Below are positions 53,601 to 62,600 of a stretch of 64,000 nucleotides of DNA, in pieces (positions within the stretch are counted from its first letter, which is position 1; each line of letters opens with the position of its first letter). Location of the stretch: positions 54,808,001 through 54,872,000 of the forward strand of contig CM069137.1 of NCBI GenBank assembly GCA_035221665.1. The letters are read 5' to 3'. Source of the stretch: Okamejei kenojei. Lineage: Eukaryota. The notes beneath the pieces were generated by a model. That model did no database searches, had not been told where the DNA came from, and saw only the letters and a list, made by a program, of their open reading frames with translations. The translations under genes and the position numbers were made by a program.

Positions 53601-56600
53601 GAGCATCACACTGTGCTTCTTGCAAGTATTTTCCAGACAGGGTGAAGAGACCTTTGACTGGGGATGGAGTACTTCACCCAGTTGCATCTACTTTGGAGAA
53701 TAGCTTTCCTGGCTTGGCATGGCTTTTAGGTCTAAAGCCAGGACATTTCCGATAACAGCTTTGTGGAGATGGGACAACAAAATAGCTGATGGTGCCCACC
53801 TCTGTCCAGTAATTTGGCCATGTCTTAAACCATCATTTCCCAGGCGTCTCCAAGCTGCTCCTGGGACGCGAGTGGCGTGAGGGAAACCAGCTGTTTACCT
53901 GAGAATCTGCCCTTTCTTCCTACAGAGCGAAGCGGTAAGAAGGTGAAGATGGGGAAAGACAAGGAGGTAACCGTCAGCTGGATGACCCCACCTGTTGCAC
54001 CAGTTAATGGTTACAGGATCACTGGCGTACCGTTGAGCGGGAATGGCCAAGTTTTAACTTGGACTGTGGCATCAGGTGCGTCTCCAATCTGCTCGACCAC
54101 AAACTATTGGGGGGGTGGGGGTGTGGGAGATTTCAATTTTCCAAAAGTAGGCTGGGAAACACATTCTGTAAATGGGCTGGATGGTTTGGAGTTTTTAAAA
54201 TGTGTGCAGGATAGTTTTTTGCAGCAGTACATAGAAGTATCGACCAGAGAAGGGGCAGTGCTAGACCTCCTTTTGGGAAATGAGGCAGGTCAGGTGATGG
54301 AGGTATGCGTTGGTGAGCACTACGTGACCAGTGATCACAATACCATTAGTTTCATTATAATTATGGAGAGAGTCAGAACTGGACCTAGGGTGGAGATTTT
54401 TGATTGGAGAAAGGCTAACTTGGAGGGAATACGTAAGGATTTAAAAGGAGTGAATTGGGACACTTTGTTTTATGGGAAGAATGTAGAAGAGAAATGGAGG
54501 AAAAAGAGAGATATCTACAATAATTATAGGAGGCATGGAGTAAATGAGGTGCTAGAGGAGTATAAAGAATGTAAAAGGAATCTTAAGAAAAAAATTAGGA
54601 AGGCTAAAAGAAGATATGAGGTTGCTTTGGCAATAAAGGTGAAAGTAAATCCAAAGGGTTTCTACAGCTATATTAATAGCAAAAAGATAACGAGGGATAA
54701 AATTGGACCATTAGAGAGCCAGAATGGACAGCTATCTGCAGAGCCAAAAGAGATGGGGGAGATATTGAACCATTTATTTTCTTCGGTATTCACCAAGGAG
54801 AAGGATATTGAACTCTGTGAGATAAGGGAAAAAAGTAGAGTAGCTATGGAAACTATGAGATTCAAAGAGGAGGAAGTACTGACAATTTTGAAAAATATAA
54901 AAGTGGATAAGTCTCCAGGTCCTGACAGGATATTCCCTAGGACATTGAGGGAAGTTAGTGTAGAAATAGCAGGAGCTATGACAGAAATATTTCAAATGTC
55001 ATTAGAAACGGGAATAGTTCCGGAGGATTGGCGTACTGCGCATGTTGTTCCATTGTTTAAAAAGGGTTCAAAGAATAAACCTAGCAATTATAGACCTGTT
55101 AGTTTGACGTCAGTGGTGGGCAAATTAATGGAAAGGATACTTATACTTAGAGATAATATATATAAGCATCTGGATAAACAGGGCCTGATCAGGAACAGTC
55201 AACATGGATTTGTGTCTGGAAGGTCATGTTTGACAAAGCTTCTTGAATTTTTTGAAGCTGTTACTAGGGAAATTGATGAGGGTAAAGCAGTGAACGTTGT
55301 CTATATGGATTTCAGTAAGGCCTTTGACAAGGTTCCCCATGGAAGGTTGGTTAAGAAGGTTCAATCTTTGGGTGTTAATGGCGGAGTAGCAAGATGGATT
55401 TAGCAATGGCTGAATGGGAGATGTCGGAGAGTAATGGTGGATGGCTGTTTGTTAGGTTGGAAGCCGCTGACCAGTGGGGTGCCTCAGGGATCTGTGTTGG
55501 GTCCACTGTTGTTTGTCATGAACATCAATGATCTGGATGATGTGGTGGAAAATTGGATAAGTAAGTATGCAGATGATACTAAGATAGGTGGTGTTGTGGA
55601 TAATGAAGTCGATTTTCAAAGTCTGCAGAGAGATTTGGGCCATTTGGAAAAGTGGGCTGAAAGATGGCAGATGGAGTTTAATGCTGATAAGTGTGAAGTG
55701 CTACATCTTGGCAGGACAAATCAAAATAGGGCATACATGGTAAATGGTAGGGAATTGAGGAATGCTGTGGAACAGAGAGATCTAGGAATAACTGCATAGT
55801 TCCCTGAAGGTGGAATCGCATGTAGATAGGGCGGTAAAGAAAGCCTTTGGTGTGCTGGCCTTTATAAATCAGAGCATTGAATATAGGAGTAGGGAAGTAA
55901 TGTTAAAATTGTACAAGGCATTGGTAAGACCAATTCTGGAGTATGGTGTACAATTTTGGTCGCCTAATTATAGAATGTCAACAAAATAGAGAGAGTACAG
56001 AGGAGATTTACTAGAATGTTGCCTGGGTTCCAGCAACTATGTTACAGAGAAAGGTTGAACAAGTTAGGTCTTTATTCTTTGGAGCGCAGAAGGTTAAGGG
56101 GGGACTTGATTGAGGTCTTTAAAATGATGAAAGGGATTAGCAGAGTTGACGTGGATAAGCTTTTCCCATTGAGGGTAGGGAAGATTCAAACAAGAGGGCA
56201 TGGCATGAGAATTAAGGGACATAAGTTTAGGGGTAACGTGAGGGGGAACTTCTTTACTCAGAGAGTGGTGGCTGTGTGGAATGAGCTTCCAGCAGAAAAG
56301 GTGGAGGCAGGATCGATTTTAACATTTAAAAGTAAAGTGGATAGGTATATGGACGGGAAGGGAATGGAGGGGTATGGTCTGAGTGCAGGTAGATGGGACT
56401 AGGGGAAAGCAAATGGTCGGCACGGACTGGAAGGGCCGAGAGGGCCTGTTTCCGTGCTGTAATTGTTATATGGTTATATGGTGTCGGGTTTGTTAGTGTG
56501 GCTCATGCCATTTGTCTGGTGTTTATATCTGCATAATGTTTTTAAGTGGCTTTATGTTGTTACCCCTACAACGGCCACTCCTTCACGAGTGGAGGTAAAG

Positions 56601-59600
56601 GAACTGAAACATGGAAAGGCTTGGGGAATGGCTTGTGCTTTTTTATTCCTATTTTAGAAGCCCTCATTCTGGTAGGAAGCGAAAGGGGGCCTTAGACAAG
56701 TTATACATTAATTCAATGTAAGAGGGCAGACAGGTAAGCCAGGTGAACTCATGTCATGTATAGGCCCATGGAACTGGCTGAGGGAGGACATGCCTGGCAG
56801 ATCTCTGGTTCTAGTATAAATGTTCCAGGAGGGGTAGAGGTGGAGGAGTTATGTTTTTGATCAAGGAGTACATCACAGTGGTAATCAGACAGGATATGCA
56901 TGGAGCATTGTCTAATTAGGCTAAGCGGGTGGAACTGAAAAATAAGAAGGGAATGATCCTTTAATGAGATTGTATCAGAGCCCCCACCCACACCAAATAG
57001 GAGCAGGAGTTAGTGGAAGAAATATGTAGGGAGGTCACAGATAGTGCAAGAATAATAGGATTGTAATAGTGAGGGTTTTAACCTTCCAAAGATTGGCTTG
57101 GGTTGCCACAGTACTAATGGCTTGGGTGGGGAGGAATTTGTTACATGAAAGGTTTGGAGGGATGTGGGCCAGGCTCAGGCAAGTGGGTTTAAATTGGCTG
57201 GTCAACTTGGTTAGCATGGAAGGGTTGGGCCTGAATGTTCAATTCCCAAATGGACTGGGATGGTGGGAGAAACTTACTGGACAAGTTCTGACATGTTCCC
57301 GCACACATTGTTAATCCAGAACTAGAAGATTTTCCAAAATATTGGAGGTTACTCATTACCCCAACACCCTTTTTTTAGCGTGTACTTACAATAAACTTTC
57401 CTTTGAAACAAGTGAGTTTAGTTTAAAGTCTTAAACCACTGGGCTTGGTGAGTTAAAAGGGAGTGGGACGAAGGGTTGAAATATTTAAAGCGAACAAGGA
57501 AAACTGAGGCCCATAACTTTAAAGGGATAATGGGAAATGGGGCGCGGTGATAGGAAATGGGGCCTGCTGGGTTAAAGCAGGTATGAAAGATGAGGGTGAA
57601 GAGTGTTTGAGGAAAGGAAAAGAGGCTGTCTGTTGGAGTTGGGACAGTATGAGACAGCTGATCATTTGATGTCCTACGGATTACCTCCAGTCAGAAAGGG
57701 CAGCAAAAATATGGCGGGATCCTTGCAGAAGGGGGTTAACATTGGAACCTTTTCAAATAGGCAAGTAATTAAAGAAAATGGTTGACTGGAACTTAGAATA
57801 GGTCCTGGCATGAACACCGAGAAGTAGATTGGGATTTTCAGATGGAATGTCACCTTTCTATGACATCTACTTTCAGGTCAGAACCACTTCACTCTCGATG
57901 GCATGTCGCCAACGGTCGAGTACTTGATCAGTGTGTACGCTCTGGGAGAGCATGGGGAGAGCACACCACTCACTGTGTCAACAGTCACCGGTAGGTGCGA
58001 TACTGAGCATGGTGGGAACGTTACAAAGCACCCAAGTGATTGGCCAACTGAACATTGCAGACAGCCCCTTTGGAAGTCCTTGGCTAGCCATGGTTGATAA
58101 ATGTCTTAAGCATGCTTGCTCTCTCTCTCTCTCGCCATTTCGACTTCACCTTTGATCAGCGGGAGTGGGCTTGGGAGACAAGGAATTAACAGATGGGCGT
58201 TAGCTGGGATCCAATGCCAGAGGGAAGTGCAGAGATGCCAAGTGTCCCGGATTCGCCGTATTTTATCCCGGCGAAATAACCTTTTTACGGTGTTCCGGCA
58301 GCCAAACATGCTGTTACGGAACACCGCCGCGCCGGTGTTCCTCCCGTGGTGAACGCCGGCGCCATGTGCCCCCGGTTTGCCAGCCCGGCAGCTCGCAGCC
58401 ACGCCCGGCCCAGAGCCCGGGCGGCGCCGGCCCGCGCGATCAGCGGCACTTTCTTGCCGCCAGCCGGCCGCTCGCGGCAGCCCCATCACCGGGCCTCCCC
58501 CCCACCCCCACCCCCACCCAGTGCGCAGGCGCAGACCCGCCGGCAACCTTGCCAAGTGCGCATGTGCCGCACCCGCCCGCCGGCAGCCCGCTGATCTGCA
58601 CCAGTGCGCAGGCGCAGACCCGCCGGCAACCTTACCAAGTGCGCATGTGCCGCACCCGCCCGCCGGCAGCCCGCTGATCTGCACCAGTGAGCAGGCGCAT
58701 AGCCGCCGGCAACAACTCCAAGTGAGTATGTTACGGAGAGAAATGCATTTAACCCCATTTGTTACGGACAAATGGGTTGAATGTTACTGTGAACTAAATT
58801 TAGTGTTGGCATCTATGGAAGTGTGCAGGAGAGGACAGAACCTCTAATGTTGAAGCCCAGGTTCCTGTGAGGGGAGCCTGGTCCCTACGATGCAGCGAGA
58901 AGTTGGTCGCTACGCCCTTCCTTGACCCTACGATGCAGCCTGGTTTCTGGCAGATTGAGTGTGGTCCCTACCGGAGAGGCCAGGTTTCTGGTGGTGTGGA
59001 GCTGGCCTCACTGTAATCAAAACTGGACACTGATTGAGATCGGTGAGAGCCTGCCCTTTTGGTGTTCCTGGGGCTCAAACGTGAAAGGAGATCCAGTATT
59101 ATACACCCAACTGCTGTTGTCCTGCCAGATATTTGGTTACCTATTGAGGTTTCCTGGCTCTTTGCTTTGCTTTAAAAAGGCACTTTTACACCAGACACCC
59201 TCCCCGAACAAGTCTAGCACTGGCTTTCAGATGGACTGCAGGGTCGAAGCCCTTCCCTTCCATTGATCAGCTGTGTAGACACATTGCTGCAGTCTTACTG
59301 CCCCAGGGAAGCTGTGGACAAGGCTGTGCTTTGCAGAGAAGGGGAAAACAAATGTGCAGGAGTGGTTTGTAACTGTTTGGGATGGGGTGGGCACTGGAAA
59401 GGGCTGCCTCATAATCACAACAATATTCCTGTTGAGTTTCAGGTGGTATCTTTCCTCGAGCCATGATCCAGCCCCGGCACAAACTATGCAGAGCATCCCT
59501 AGGTCGAAGGCAGCTGGTCAAAAGAAGACATTTAAACAATTATTGTTGCTTCCTCTTATTTCTCACCTGGCAGTCCACGCCCAACCATTGTCCTTTATGG

Positions 59601-62600
59601 ATGTAGAGGAGGATTCCATGCGTCTGCCGTGGGAGAGTCCGGACGGCAAGGTCATTTCATACAAAGTAATCTACTCCAATCCCGTGGATGGAGAATGTAT
59701 AATCACACCCACCTCCCACTGCAAGGATAACTCCGTCCAGCTGACTTGCTTGCGCCCAGGCACAGAGTACACAGTACGGGTGTACAGTACAACTGGAGAC
59801 CAGAACATCCCCATTATCATGGGTACACATGCTGTAGATAGGCATCCACAGCTGATGATCTGTAAGCAACTGATGGCGAAACTAATGTTTTCAAATTAGC
59901 TGCCCACGACCTATAGCACAAGGATGAGTCCTTTGTTGGTTAGAAAACACGTGCTTCATTATGTTGCTCAGGTGAGGAATAAATGTAACTCCCTTTCTTT
60001 CTTACCTTGCAGCCATTCCAGCACCGACCGATCTGGAGTTTATGCAAGTGACTCCAACAAGTATGACAATGAGCTGGCATGCTCCTGCTGTCCCAGTGAC
60101 TGGTTATAATGTGATAGTGACACCAAGGGAGGTGACAGGTCCAAGCCAGAAACTGACCCTTGGCCCAGATAACACCAGCGCCACAATCTCTGGCCTCATG
60201 GTGAGTCCGCCCCATGCCTGCAAAGACCATCGTTGATTTGTTGTGTCAAATAACCTGTTCCATTCTGTGTAATTGTTATGGACTCACCTGCATAATCTTA
60301 TTTTTAAACGCAGGTTGCGACGAAATACGACATTATGGTTTACTCCGTCAAAGATACCATGACGAGTAATGCCCTGCATGGAATCAAAGCAACATTAGAC
60401 AGTGAGTCATCTACTTCATCCTAACTCCTGCTAATGTCCACGGAACCTTTCCTCCAATTTCACTCTTATTCCCACTGCCTTTTCTCATTGTCTTGTGAAA
60501 CTGGACTTGCTGGTTTATACCCTCAATAACCTTGAGCATGCCCTCATGTCTCCCCAAACCCCAAATCTCTGCTACCCACTCCAGCTTGCAGCCCTCCTCC
60601 AACTTTGGCCTCTTGTATATCCACGATTTCTGTCATTCCCCTTGTTTGGCATCAATGCCTTTCGTTGCCACGGTTCTCAAACTGCCCCTTCACTCATCTA
60701 AGAACCGCAGCAAAAACATCTACATCTACTCGTCCATGCCTCCGGCCACCTCCCATTGTGCATGAATCAGCATGTCCGGTAACAACTCACTGAGGGCTTA
60801 ACCATGTACCTGACAGCTAATGTTGCACCCATGTTCCAGACGTTAGTTCACCGCGCCAATTCAACGTGTCCAGTGTGACAGAGAATACCATCACCCTTCA
60901 ATGGCGCACCAAGGCAGAACCTATCACTGGCTTCCAGATCAACGCTGTGCCTTCTAACATCGGTGGCACCATCCAGAGGATCTTGGGGCCTAACATTCGC
61001 ACCTACACCATCACAGGTAAAGCCCACGGCATCTGCTGGTGCCTTCAGGTTAAGTAATTTTGTCCGTAATACTTCCAGCTCCTTTTACCAGGCACTCAAC
61101 AGTGCCTCATAGACAGATGCAGCACACACGGAGATTGTTTGGCCCATCTTGATGCTAGCTCTTGGAAAGTGTCTTCCATTCATCTTGCTCTTCATCGCAC
61201 TCCCCTCAAAGATTTATCCGTTTCTCTTTGTAAAAGTTACTACAGCTTCATCCTTGATTTCACAAAAGGGAGGTGTACCAGGAAACAGGTAAATTAATTT
61301 TTTTGCGTCAGGAAAGACATTTTAATTAGCATTTGAGTAGCATTTTGCTAACGTGGGTTTCTATTCATGGAGATTGGAGTGCTATTCATTACAGGGAAAG
61401 TAAACTCTATGGAAGACATACTCCAAGGAGTCCAAGGCATTAGAGTGAAAATATGTGAATCAAGGAATTAATGTATTGAAATGTCTTCCATTGGGATTTC
61501 ATATTTTGCATTTTAGCTCATGACAATGTGTAAAAAAATCTTCTCTCTTATTTGTATTGCTACTTATCATAACACAGTTCTCCCAATTACTGTCTTGCCA
61601 TTGGAGTCAGTCACTCCTTGTTTATCATTTTCAAACCCGCAGTAATTTCTATCTTGTTTGTGTTAATCATCAAGTGACCATTTTACTCAAACCCCATTTT
61701 ATTCTGCCCAAATTCCAATCAATTTCCCCCGTATGCTGTCACTCACCAGCACTCCAGTGGCCAGTTATCCTATCAACCTGCATGTTTTGGGAAGTGGGAG
61801 GAACTGGAGATTCCAGAGAACCCCAGCATACACAGGGAATTTGCCCAAACTCCGCAGACCGCATGGGAAGTTGGGATTGAACACAGGCCCCAGACACTGG
61901 AAGACAACGGCTTCCAGCTGTGCTACTGTCTTCTTCTTCTTGCGTCTGGTGTGCACAGCCTAAAGTTGTAGGACAATTTGTTCTATTTGATCTTATTTGA
62001 TTTTGCACGCCAGGCTGATTGCATTCGTCGAAACAGGGCGGACCACATGAAGGTTGCAATCTTCCACCCCTGCGCTACTGTGCTATTGTGTTAAGTCTTT
62101 CCTTTGCTCTCTCTCCTTTACGAAATGCAGTTAATGGCCATTTCTTATTCATGATACCCTTCTGCACATATTGTGTCCTCTGCATGGCTCCTGGGCCCCT
62201 ATTCACATGTGGTGGTCTTAGAAAGTAATGTATACCATGAGTTGCGAATTACATGTGCTGTTAAACTGACCCCTGATTGGAGGCATTTGAAGAATCTTGT
62301 ATTTTATTCCCATGATGGTTCTTCATTTCCCCTTGAGCTTGATGGTAAAAATGTTCCTTCCCTTTTCACAGGCCTTCACCCTGGCACGGAGTACAAAATC
62401 AACATCTTCACCCTGAGTGGCAATTCACGCAGCCCACCTGCCTCCATCACAGTCACAACTGGTGAGGATCCCTCCAGGGCAAGGGCCTAATTCTGTTTGC
62501 CTTGATGTTGTTCCTAGTCATTGAGTTGTAAGCACAGAAACATGCCCTTCAGCCAACCCCATTCATACTAACCATCCCCTATCCAGCTATACTTGTCCAT

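Noticed and set aside
53877-55403. The 508-aa ORF as a stand-alone gene or active LINE
   Set aside because: It starts at an intronic GTG, is a fibronectin exon joined to a truncated CR1, and the RT is broken by a stop and frameshifts.
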